Shown: positions 35,812-45,649 of the stretch, in pieces | Position numbering within the stretch: the first letter of the stretch is position 1 | Layout: each line of letters starts with the position of its first letter | Source: Candidatus Yanofskybacteria bacterium | Lineage (GTDB): Bacteria > Patescibacteriota > Minisyncoccia > 2-02-FULL-40-12 > GWA2-44-9 | DNA length: 52,307 nt | Assembly (NCBI GenBank): GCA_023245235.1 | Contig: JAHFKT010000004.1 | Span: 1 to 52,307, forward strand | Reading direction: 5' to 3' | Notes under the pieces: model-generated | The model's input: only the letters and a program-made list of their open reading frames with translations | What the model was told of the DNA's origin: nothing | Database searches by the model: none | Program-made: the position numbers and the translations under genes

Positions 35812-37311
35812 TTATTTAAGCTTTAATTTTACCATTTCTTCGACCATTTGGGGATTCGCCCTGCCCTGCGATTCCCGCATAACCATACCGATCAAGAACT
35901 TCAGTGATGCCTCCTTTCCGGCTTTATAATCTTCCACCGCTTTGGTATTTTTTGCAATCACGCTATCAACCACCGAATCAAGAGCGCCTGTATCTGAAAC
36001 TTGGCCGAGATTTTTCTCTTTCATGATGGCTTCGGGATGCAATCCGGTTTCGGCCATTTCTTTCAGCACCGCTTTCGCACCGGTCGATGAAAGTTCTTTG
36101 TGGAATATCAAAACCATCAGCTCCGCAAAGGCCTCGGGTGAGATCTTAAATCCTTCAAGCTCATCGAGCTCTGATCCTTTCGCATTCATCAGGGGCGGAA
36201 ACTCGGTAATGATATAATTGGCAGAAAGCTCATGCAATCGCTCGGCAAGGTGTTGCTCGCTCGGGAACTCGCCCTTTAACTCCTTTTTTTTGTGAAAGTC
36301 TTTTGCCGCCTCGTCGAGCTCGCTCGCAACATGCTCATAGTAATTACCGAGATGCCGGGCAATCGTAAAGATCTCTATCTGATTGCCAGTCAGGCCGTAA
36401 TTCTTAAAGCGTATGCGGCGCTGTGACGGCAGTTCGGGAAGCGTGGTCCGTATCGCCTCGATATCGGCATCTTCAAAATGCAAAGGTGGCAGGTCGGGCT
36501 CCGGGAAATAACGGTAGTCATGAGCCTCCTCCTTGGAGCGCTGGCTGAAAGTCGCCTTTTTGATATCGTCCCAACCTCGGGTCTCCTGCGCGATCTTTCC
36601 GCCACCTTCCAGAACCTCCTGCTGACGCTTTATCTCATAATCAACCGATGCAGCAGCGGCACTGATGGAGTTCAGATTTTTGATCTCGGCCTTGGTGCCA
36701 TAGGAACCATCGGCGTTCATCAATGAGATGTTGACCTCCACCCGCATGAGACCCTTCTCCATATCGGCATCGGAGACGCCCAGATACCGGAGAATGAGCT
36801 GAAGCTCCTGGGCGAACTCGCGCACCTGTTCTCCGCTTTCGAAATCTGGTTCGGTAACCAGTTCCATCAGCGGTACCCCGGCCCGGTTGAAATCAACGAC
36901 CGAAAAATCCTCACCCTGGTCGTGTAAAAGTTTTCCGGCATCTTCTTCCAGGTGTATCCGGGTGATCTGAATTTTCTTTCCGTTTTTCAGCGCAAGCTCG
37001 CCTTTATAGCCCAGCGGTTTTTCGTACTGGGAGATCTGGTAGCCTTTCGGCAGATCCGGGTAGAAGTAATTCTTGCGTTCAAAGAAGGTGTCGTGGGCGA
37101 TCGAGCAATCCATGGCCAGTCCGGCCAGGATAACCTTTCGCACCGCCTCCCTGTTGATGACCGGCAGGGTGCCGGGATGGCCCATACAGATGGGGCAGAC
37201 GTTAATGTTCGGATGCTTCTCATCCGGGTCATTCAGTGAATCACAGAACATCTTGGTCTTGGTTTTGAGTTCGGCGTGTATCTCAAGGCCGATGACCGGC
37301 TGGTATTTCAT
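35812..37311 (-). CDS. gatB: Asp/Glu-tRNA(Asn/Gln) amidotransferase subunit B
   Basis: The sequence starts MKYQPVIGLEIHAELKT and contains NINVCPICMGHPGTLP. A YqeY-like C-terminus is present. The 50-codon N-terminal extension in the track crosses a terminator and a -10 box, so I reject it. Confidence 0.9.
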   Translation of the reverse strand: MKYQPVIGLEIHAELKTKTKMFCDSLNDPDEKHPNINVCPICMGHPGTLPVINREAVRKVILAGLAMDCSIAHDTFFERKNYFYPDLPKGYQISQYEKPLGYKGELALKNGKKIQITRIHLEEDAGKLLHDQGEDFSVVDFNRAGVPLMELVTEPDFESGEQVREFAQELQLILRYLGVSDADMEKGLMRVEVNISLMNADGSYGTKAEIKNLNSISAAAASVDYEIKRQQEVLEGGGKIAQETRGWDDIKKATFSQRSKEEAHDYRYFPEPDLPPLHFEDADIEAIRTTLPELPSQRRIRFKNYGLTGNQIEIFTIARHLGNYYEHVASELDEAAKDFHKKKELKGEFPSEQHLAERLHELSANYIITEFPPLMNAKGSELDELEGFKISPEAFAELMVLIFHKELSSTGAKAVLKEMAETGLHPEAIMKEKNLGQVSDTGALDSVVDSVIAKNTKAVEDYKAGKEASLKFLIGMVMRESQGRANPQMVEEMVKLKLK

Positions 37312-37318
37312 AATCCCC

Positions 37319-37327
37319 ATTCTATCA
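37319..37327 (-). promoter_or_regulatory. Extended -10 (TGaTAGAAT) 7 nt upstream of the gatB ATG at 37311
   Basis: The minus strand reads ccgTGaTAGAATggggattATGaaa. Confidence 0.45.
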
Positions 37328-37339
37328 CGGTTTTTCGGA

Positions 37340-37365
37340 CAAAAAAAGACCGCTTTGTGCGGTCT
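37340..37365 (-). terminator. Rho-independent terminator after the ThyX-like gene
   Basis: The stem agaccgc / gcggtct has a tttgt loop and a 7-T run on the minus strand. Confidence 0.65.
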
Positions 37366-38810
37366 CAACGGTTCAAAAGATCGACTTCCGACAAGGGAGT
37401 AACCCGGGTCATGCCTTCGAGAAATACCTCTTCGTCGCGAATAAGCTGATCGATGCGGCACGCAACATCCCGGTATGAGAAGTGGCCCTTTACGCCCGAA
37501 CGCAGTTCAGCAATGTATAACGCCTCAGAAAGATGCATCTTATAGATCGTGCCGGACATAAAGCCGAACGGAATGAGATAGTCGGCATCCTGGGGTTCCT
37601 CCATGCGCCGGGCCATATTTCCGATCCAGAGCCCGACTTTTTTCATGTCGGCCCGGTACTCATCTCCCAAGCCCATCTCATCGATAAGCGCGGGAGTTTC
37701 AAATCCGTTCAGTAACGACAGCGGCTGATGGACTTGGATGCAGTTCCGGTGGCGATGCAGGTCGCGGCGGCCGCCGATATCCATGAGAATATCGAACTGA
37801 TACGGCATACCGGCCGCAAACGCGCGATGGTGGCCGTCGTGAGGACCCCTGCGCTCCATAATCTCGCGGATGACCCCTTCTTTGATATCCCAGGACCAAT
37901 CCGCTACCTGTTCCAGAAGCCGTGCGTAGGAAATAGGCGTCACTTCGTACAACAGGGTCGCAAGGATCTCGTCGAGCTTTGTTGGCGGCTTAACCAAATC
38001 CACGTAACGATCAGATTCTCTTGGTTTTATCGCAACCCGATCGGTCAGGCCCGTCAAAAACTCCCGAAGCCCTATAAGATACTCGCTTGGGTCCGCGTAT
38101 TTCATGAGCGTCGGCGCGACCGGGAGCTCATCTTTTCCTTCAGGACAGAATGGTCTTTCCTGGCAAGCTTTTTTCATGAGTTGGGCGAGGTCACGCGATG
38201 CCTGATACCGGGAGGCGCCAAGCCGAGCTATCTGCCGCTCAAGCACCCGGGCACTGGTGATCTGCCCGACATTGGTCAGAATACCGTTGAACAGCCAGTA
38301 ACGGGCGACGTCGAATGCCCGGGCTTTCATGGTCCGCTCATAATCGGCATCCTTCATTTCCGGTGACTTGGGATTCTGGCGGATCAGATATTCTTTGCAT
38401 AGCCGTGAGTATCGGTCGTATCTGTCAAATAAAAACTCGGCAACAGCAGAGAAATCGCCAGCCAGCGAAGTCCTCATGATCGATATGGGAGTAAAGCATC
38501 CGATCGGACCGCCTTCAAATATCTGATAACGCGTAGAACGTTCTTGTCCGTCCCACAGCTGTTCGTCCTCGACCTCAAAAGCCGCGATCTCCGGTATCCG
38601 CTCCAATGCGATGGGGATGTGGGCGTTATCCGCGATCGAGGCATGCCCGAACGAGAAATAGTAGCTTTCAAAGAATCGAGCCGATTTCTCGGCCGTAATC
38701 CTCCTGATGCTATCCCGGATTGAAAGTGCCGAACGGGAATACATCGCGTACGCGTAGGCAATCGTTTCCGGAGGCCATCCGGCCAATGCAATGACTTCGG
38801 ACTGTTCCAT
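37365..38810 (-). CDS. Long ThyX-like (FAD-dependent thymidylate synthase family) protein, apparently two fused Thy1-like halves
   Basis: The C-terminal half has the ThyX signature RRDLHRHRNCIQVHQPLS and the block LSEALYIAELRSGVKGHFSYRDVA. The N-terminal half keeps GHASIADNAHIPIALE...GQERSTRYQ but lacks RHR. The protein is 481 aa against about 220-250 aa for a canonical ThyX. Confidence 0.6.
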   Translation of the reverse strand: MEQSEVIALAGWPPETIAYAYAMYSRSALSIRDSIRRITAEKSARFFESYYFSFGHASIADNAHIPIALERIPEIAAFEVEDEQLWDGQERSTRYQIFEGGPIGCFTPISIMRTSLAGDFSAVAEFLFDRYDRYSRLCKEYLIRQNPKSPEMKDADYERTMKARAFDVARYWLFNGILTNVGQITSARVLERQIARLGASRYQASRDLAQLMKKACQERPFCPEGKDELPVAPTLMKYADPSEYLIGLREFLTGLTDRVAIKPRESDRYVDLVKPPTKLDEILATLLYEVTPISYARLLEQVADWSWDIKEGVIREIMERRGPHDGHHRAFAAGMPYQFDILMDIGGRRDLHRHRNCIQVHQPLSLLNGFETPALIDEMGLGDEYRADMKKVGLWIGNMARRMEEPQDADYLIPFGFMSGTIYKMHLSEALYIAELRSGVKGHFSYRDVACRIDQLIRDEEVFLEGMTRVTPLSEVDLLNR

Positions 38811-38831
38811 ACTGTTAACGTGCGTCTGCGT

Positions 38832-38840
38832 ATTCTATCA
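38832..38840 (-). promoter_or_regulatory. Extended -10 (TGaTAGAAT) 21 nt upstream of the ThyX-like ATG
   Basis: The minus strand reads cctGaTAGAATacgcagacgcacgttaacagtATG. The nonamer is identical to the one upstream of gatB. Confidence 0.35.
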
Positions 38841-38852
38841 GGAATTTTCAGA

Positions 38853-38878
38853 CAAAAAAAGAGGCGCTATTGCGCCTC
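38853..38878 (-). terminator. Rho-independent terminator after tmk
   Basis: The stem gaggcgc / gcgcctc has a tatt loop and a 7-T run on the minus strand. Confidence 0.65.
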
Positions 38879-39550
38879 CCGATTTAATCCAAGGGCCTGA
38901 TATACATAGCCCTTTACTTCGACGAAAATATCTTCAGGCTTGCGGTCGCCATCGATGATATGGCAATTCGGATAGTGCTGAGCGAACGCGAGGTAATTAG
39001 CCCGGGCGCGCTCAAGCTTCTCCCCCACCTCGAACTTATCCTTGGCCCGGCTGGCCTGGCTGGCCCTAGCAAGAGCCACATCGACCGGAACGTCGAAGAT
39101 CAGAATGAAATCCGGCCAGATGAAGGGCATTTCGGCAGCGGAGAATATCCGCTCGTGCATACCCATGAAGTCGAAGAAGTCTTTCGGACTGTCGGCGCCA
39201 TACGCAAATGATGAGGCCGCGCCCCGGTCCTGAATGACGTGCCTGCCGCGGAACAATGCCGGCAGGATGTTCGACCGGTAGTTAAGCATGCGGTCCTCGA
39301 TATAGAAGGTCTGGAAGTGAGACGGACTCAAATTTTCCAGACGGTATTCCTGGTGCTTGCCCTCAAGGATCTCGTAGATCGTGGCTCCGGTCGGCCTGGT
39401 CCGGTCAGGTTCTTTGGCATACGTAACCGGCAGCCGTTCATGATATGCGGTCAGAAACGTCTTGGTACGTTCGAATTGCTCGCTCTTGCCCGAGTAATCA
39501 ATGCCTTCGAATACGCCGAAGGCTGTCTTGAACGGATTCGATATCATCAT
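38867..39550 (-). CDS. tmk: Thymidylate (dTMP) kinase, divergent
   Basis: It has a P-loop-like FEGIDYSGKSEQ, the motif QDRGAASSFAYG (DRxxxSxxAY-type) and a lid region. The sequence is divergent, so specificity is not certain. Confidence 0.65.
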   Translation of the reverse strand: MMISNPFKTAFGVFEGIDYSGKSEQFERTKTFLTAYHERLPVTYAKEPDRTRPTGATIYEILEGKHQEYRLENLSPSHFQTFYIEDRMLNYRSNILPALFRGRHVIQDRGAASSFAYGADSPKDFFDFMGMHERIFSAAEMPFIWPDFILIFDVPVDVALARASQASRAKDKFEVGEKLERARANYLAFAQHYPNCHIIDGDRKPEDIFVEVKGYVYQALGLNREAQ

Positions 39551-39612
39551 TGTAAACGTTCCGGGTTATCGTATTCTACTCCAAAATTCCGGTTGGTCAT
39601 TGTGGACAAATC

Positions 39613-39641
39613 AAAAGCCCCGGGGATATCCCGGGGCTTTT
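39613..39641 (-). terminator. Strong terminator immediately after rplK
   Basis: A 12-bp stem pairs aaaagccccggg with cccggggctttt around a gatat loop, followed by a T-run on the minus strand. Confidence 0.7.
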
Positions 39642-39653
39642 GATTTTAGTTCT

Positions 39654-40073
39654 TTATTTAACCTCGATGCCCATCGAACGGGCGGTACCCTCAATGATCT
39701 TCATTGCGGCTTCGATATTATTTGCGTTCAGATCGGCCATCTTCTGTTCGGCGATCGTGCGGACCTGGTCTTTCGTGACCTTGCCGACCTTGTTCTTGTT
39801 CGGCACACCTGAACCTTTTTCAATACCGGCGGCAACGCGCAACAGATATGCGGCCGGGGCGGTCCGGAGCTTGAAATCAAAGGTACGATCTTCGTAGATC
39901 GTGATCTCCACCGGCACTACCTGTCCGGCCTTGTCTTTCGTGGCCTCGTTTACGGCGGCCATGAACTGCTGAAGATTCAGTCCATGCGGACCCAAGGCCT
40001 GACCGATCTTTGACGGTTCAAGCGCTCCGGCGGTCACCTGCAGCTTTACCATTGTCTTTATTTTCTTTGCCAT
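39654..40073 (-). CDS. rplK: 50S ribosomal protein L11
   Basis: The sequence starts [33 protein letters not shown]. Its position after nusG and its 139-aa length also fit. Confidence 0.88.
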   Translation of the reverse strand: MAKKIKTMVKLQVTAGALEPSKIGQALGPHGLNLQQFMAAVNEATKDKAGQVVPVEITIYEDRTFDFKLRTAPAAYLLRVAAGIEKGSGVPNKNKVGKVTKDQVRTIAEQKMADLNANNIEAAMKIIEGTARSMGIEVK

Positions 40074-40115
40074 ACTATTGAATTACCACGGATAGAAGCG
40101 ATCCGCAATATTTGA

Positions 40116-40661
40116 TTACAGTTTCTTTATTTGCAAAAAATCGAGCTCGACCGGCGTCTCCCGGCCGAAAATGGTGACCAACACCTTGACGCGGCCTTTC
40201 TCCGGTTCTATCTCTGAAACCTTGCCGTCGAAATCTTTGAACGGACCATCGGTGATCTTTACCCGGTCGCCCAGCTGAACGTCGATCTTGTACTTGGGTT
40301 CGTCAACGCCCATGCGCTTCATGAGTCCGTCGATCTCCTGGGTCGAAAGCGGGGTCGGAATAGTACCGGCGCCGATGAAACCGGTCACATTCGGCGTATT
40401 GCGGACCACGTACCAGGAACTGTCGTCGACAAGCATTTCAACCAATACATAACCCGGATATATCTTCTCCTCAATGGTTTCCCGTTTGCCGCCCTTTATC
40501 CTGATCTTTTTTTCCTTGGGAACCAAAACGCTGAATATCTTGTCCTCAAAGCCCAGGGACTCGATACGCTGTTTCAGATTACGGGCTACATTATCTTCAT
40601 AACCCGAATAGGTATGAATGGCGTACCAGTGCCGCTCTCCGGTTGAGACTTGCTTTGGCAT
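40116..40661 (-). CDS. nusG: Transcription termination/antitermination factor NusG
   Basis: The NGN domain reads WYAIHTYSGYEDNV and PGYVLVEM. The KOW domain reads GDRVKITDGPFKDFDGKV. Confidence 0.92.
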   Translation of the reverse strand: MPKQVSTGERHWYAIHTYSGYEDNVARNLKQRIESLGFEDKIFSVLVPKEKKIRIKGGKRETIEEKIYPGYVLVEMLVDDSSWYVVRNTPNVTGFIGAGTIPTPLSTQEIDGLMKRMGVDEPKYKIDVQLGDRVKITDGPFKDFDGKVSEIEPEKGRVKVLVTIFGRETPVELDFLQIKKL

Positions 40662-40662
40662 T

Positions 40663-40848
40663 TTATTTTATGAGATATTTAGTGACCACTGCCTGGAAGC
40701 TAAGATCGAGAGCGCCCAGAAAAACCGCCATGAACGCGCTCAGCCCGATCACAACGAGCGTGTACAGGATCAACTGATTGCGGGTCGGCCACACTACTTT
40801 GGCCATTTCTACCTGCACTTCTTTCAAAAATATAGTGAGTCTGTTCAT
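40663..40848 (-). CDS. secE: Preprotein translocase subunit SecE
   Basis: It is 61 aa, reading FLKEVQVEMAKVVWPTRNQL followed by a single TM helix, and lies directly upstream of nusG. Confidence 0.85.
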   Translation of the reverse strand: MNRLTIFLKEVQVEMAKVVWPTRNQLILYTLVVIGLSAFMAVFLGALDLSFQAVVTKYLIK

Positions 40849-40920
40849 GTGTAGAAGTATTTAAAAATCGCCCGAAGGCGTCTTATATCACACTCATCCT
40901 ATCAAAAGAGGGCCCTATTG

Positions 40921-41205
40921 TCAACTGGTCTTACTGTATACATCGGAAGCAAGAAAATACCCCGCCCGAAAAGCGTACCTGAGGTTCTCCAGGAACGTCA
41001 TTCCGTCTTCCGGATATACCTTGCCCGGCCGGGCATATTTATAGTCGAAGACGCCTTCGCGCATTATATTTTGAACGACTTCGTTATTTTCATCCCCATC
41101 GACATGCACATTGATACTGTCTTCCTGATCCAAATAAAACGTGGCGAGCTTCTTCTGTTCTGATGATTTGGCGTCCAATTGAAAGAGGTCGGTGCAGTAG
41201 GTCAT
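40921..41205 (-). CDS. Hypothetical 94-aa protein translationally coupled to the kinase-like gene
   Basis: It starts MTYCTDLFQLD. Its ATG overlaps the upstream TGA (ATGA at 41202-41205). I found no recognisable motif. The track's longer version (to 41304) would overlap the upstream gene by 103 nt. Confidence 0.5.
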   Translation of the reverse strand: MTYCTDLFQLDAKSSEQKKLATFYLDQEDSINVHVDGDENNEVVQNIMREGVFDYKYARPGKVYPEDGMTFLENLRYAFRAGYFLASDVYSKTS

Positions 41206-41876
41206 GCCGGTATTCTTTTTTCGGTTAACAATGTTTGGGCCCTGCTCTTTATGCCGGTCAATATTTCCTGATACATGAATTTCCCCGCCATCCGCTCGGT
41301 CCACGGAACGACATGCTGAATACCGTCAAGGATGTCCTGGGACAGGGAGAGATTCCGTTCCCGGGCTTTCCGGACAATATCGGAGACCGAGAAATTCTTC
41401 AGAAACATGATCTCGTCATGGCCAAAAAGTTTAATGGTCCGGTACTGAGTATCTACGAAGAAGTTCCGCCAGTTGCGGTCTCCGGCATTGATAAGGAAAT
41501 CGAATACGGCTGCTTTAGCCAGCTCCTGGTCATCAACAAAAGAATCCCATTTTGCATCGAGAGGGATGAGCAGGTCATTCTGCCTGAAAACTTCATAGGT
41601 GCTGCCGGCACGTCCGTCTATCTGTCGGCGGGCGGTATGCGGCAACAGATGAAAACGAAGAACCTGATCAAGGTCGAACGCCAGTAACTCAAAATCGGAA
41701 TGGGCCGGACCCGAAGCATCGTCCTCCTTAAAGAACGCGGTCAGCCCGCCCTGAATCACCAGTAGCGTGATCTGATCACCGGAGGCCAGTTCTTTCTCCT
41801 CTTTGATCTGGCCCTTCTCAAGCTGTTCGATCACACCGGCATGGTTGTGTTCTCCAAATTCAGGCTTCAATGTCAT
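41202..41876 (-). CDS. Small atypical kinase-like protein (PI3/PI4-kinase / HipA-like catalytic core)
   Basis: It has a catalytic-loop-like FDFLINAGDRNWRNFFVD, an activation-segment-like KLFGHDEIMF, and an N-lobe-like ITLLVIQGGLTAFFKEDD...HLLPHTARRQIDGRAGSTYEVF. It starts 3 nt after the gyrB stop codon. Confidence 0.55.
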   Translation of the reverse strand: MTLKPEFGEHNHAGVIEQLEKGQIKEEKELASGDQITLLVIQGGLTAFFKEDDASGPAHSDFELLAFDLDQVLRFHLLPHTARRQIDGRAGSTYEVFRQNDLLIPLDAKWDSFVDDQELAKAAVFDFLINAGDRNWRNFFVDTQYRTIKLFGHDEIMFLKNFSVSDIVRKARERNLSLSQDILDGIQHVVPWTERMAGKFMYQEILTGIKSRAQTLLTEKRIPA

Positions 41877-41878
41877 GG

Positions 41879-44034
<2,156 letters not shown>

Positions 44035-44061
44035 CCCCGGATTGCCCACATTCGAGCCGCT

Positions 44062-44088
44062 AAAAACCGGCCTAGAATGCCGGTTTTT
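44062..44088 (-). terminator. Rho-independent terminator after the PheRS gene
   Basis: The stem aaaaaccggc / gccggttttt has a 7-nt loop. It starts 3 nt after the stop codon. Confidence 0.7.
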
Positions 44089-44090
44089 AG

Positions 44091-45230
44091 CTATCTGACT
44101 TCAGCCGAGAACTGACGCTTGGTTTCGTCGTAGATTTTTTGCTGGATAGGGTCAATTTCGGCAGTCGTAAGCGTACGCTCATTGGAACGATAAATGATGC
44201 GGTAGGTGTAGCTGATCTTCCCAGTGCCGAACTTCTCCGAGTTCTCGTATTTGTCTATCAGCCGGACCTCCTCGACCAGGTCGCCGCCGATATCCCGGAT
44301 GAGGTCGAAATAGTTGTTCGGGATAAAATCCATCGCGACTACGAATGATATGTCGCGGGTAATGGGCGGATATTTGGAAACCTCTTTGAACTTGTTGCCG
44401 AGCTTGAGCTGTTTCCTGACCCGTTCGTCATTAGACCATAGAAGCCGGATATCCGGCAGTTCCATGCTGATGATGGCCAGCCGTTCCAGGCCGAAGCCGA
44501 ACGCCCAACCATTGTATTTGGATGAATCGACTCCGAGCTTATCAAGTACGCTTCCCTTCACCACGCCAGCCCCAAGCACTTCGACCCATTTGTCGTCTCC
44601 CTTATCGATCTCCATCTCAAGCGAAGGGTCCGTGTACGGGAATGTATCGCTATTGAATCGGTATTTGACCCTTGGGCCGAATACCGCTTTGGCAATATCA
44701 GAAAGCACTTTCTGAAGGTCATCCGAGGTAATGACCCGCTCGGATTTCGGCGTGAGATACCAACCGTCCATCTGATGGAACACGTTCATATGGTGCCGGT
44801 CTATCTCATCTTTGCGGTAGACTTTTCCGAACGAGAGCGAGCCGACGGACTTTCCCTGAGCGATGCGCTCTTTGATCTTGGCCTGCATCAAATAGTAATA
44901 CCACATCACGGTCGTGTGGGTACGCATGACATTCTTGTCATCAACGTAGTATGTATCGGATTTTGAGCGGGCCGGATGATCTTTCGGAAAATCGAACAGG
45001 TCAAAAGTAATATTAGTAGGCGTTATCTCCGGCACGGCGATGACATCAAAATCTTTGAAATCGGGAAGGTTGACGATGCGTTCCACCATTTCCTTAAGCG
45101 GACTGCCGGCTGTGCGCGACAGGTCGGGCATGTTTAAATAACGCTTCATGCGCTCCGATTCCGGATCGTGCTTTCCGTCTAATTGCTGCCGTATTTTCTT
45201 CTCTTCTTCTGTGTCTATGACGATATTCAT
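44091..45230 (-). CDS. pheS: Single-chain (mitochondrial-type) phenylalanyl-tRNA synthetase: PheS-like catalytic core fused to an FDX-ACB domain
   Basis: Class II motifs are present (HPARSKSDTYY, FGKVYRKDEIDRHHMNVFHQMDG, GWAFGFGLERLAII). They are followed by VSKYPPITRDISFVV...DLIRDIGGDLVEEVRLIDKY...YTYRIIYRSNERTLT, which is the ferredoxin-fold anticodon-binding domain normally found in PheT. Confidence 0.85.
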   Translation of the reverse strand: MNIVIDTEEEKKIRQQLDGKHDPESERMKRYLNMPDLSRTAGSPLKEMVERIVNLPDFKDFDVIAVPEITPTNITFDLFDFPKDHPARSKSDTYYVDDKNVMRTHTTVMWYYYLMQAKIKERIAQGKSVGSLSFGKVYRKDEIDRHHMNVFHQMDGWYLTPKSERVITSDDLQKVLSDIAKAVFGPRVKYRFNSDTFPYTDPSLEMEIDKGDDKWVEVLGAGVVKGSVLDKLGVDSSKYNGWAFGFGLERLAIISMELPDIRLLWSNDERVRKQLKLGNKFKEVSKYPPITRDISFVVAMDFIPNNYFDLIRDIGGDLVEEVRLIDKYENSEKFGTGKISYTYRIIYRSNERTLTTAEIDPIQQKIYDETKRQFSAEVR

Positions 45231-45240
45231 GGTCAGTAAA

Positions 45241-45645
45241 TTACGTGGTCTCGATCGAATCCTTGTGGGGATATTCCTTCAGCAGCAGTGCCTCAATTAT
45301 GATCATGATGAGGACGGCACCGAAGAATGAATACGGATTGAACATATTCAGGCGTCGGATCATTATCAGAATGACACTCAACAGTCCGGCCAATGCGCCT
45401 CTCCGGAACGATACGGCCAATGAACCGTGGTCTATACCGAAAGATACTATTTTACGGTGGCGCATTGTGTCGATAGCATGGAACACGAGCGTTACCAGAC
45501 TCGACACCACAAGAAATATCAGTACTAACACCAGCCCCTTCACCGGATACCCGGCCTGATACGGATCAAACGTACGTCCGATAAACCCGAGGGCCGTTCC
45601 GGCAAGCACGAGGGTACCGACGATGATCAGGATGGGCCAGCGCAT
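45241..45645 (-). CDS. Hypothetical membrane protein (4 TM, 134 aa)
   Basis: It has four hydrophobic helices and lies 10 nt upstream of the PheRS gene. Confidence 0.55.
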   Translation of the reverse strand: MRWPILIIVGTLVLAGTALGFIGRTFDPYQAGYPVKGLVLVLIFLVVSSLVTLVFHAIDTMRHRKIVSFGIDHGSLAVSFRRGALAGLLSVILIMIRRLNMFNPYSFFGAVLIMIIIEALLLKEYPHKDSIETT

Positions 45646-45649
45646 CGGC

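Noticed and set aside
37312-37461. 50-aa N-terminal extension of gatB (MPHRSAYSRRRGISRRHDPG...).
   Set aside because: It is Arg-rich, low-complexity sequence that overlaps the 3' end of the ThyX-like gene, a terminator hairpin and a TGATAGAAT box. GatB homology begins at MKYQPVIGLEIH.
40849-40920. Terminator and promoter between the 94-aa ORF and secE.
   Set aside because: The only hairpin (cgcc-cgaa-ggcg, about 40870-40881) has a 4-bp stem. The -10 candidates (TTAAAT, TATAAG) are weak. I cannot decide whether secE is co-transcribed with the gyrB operon.
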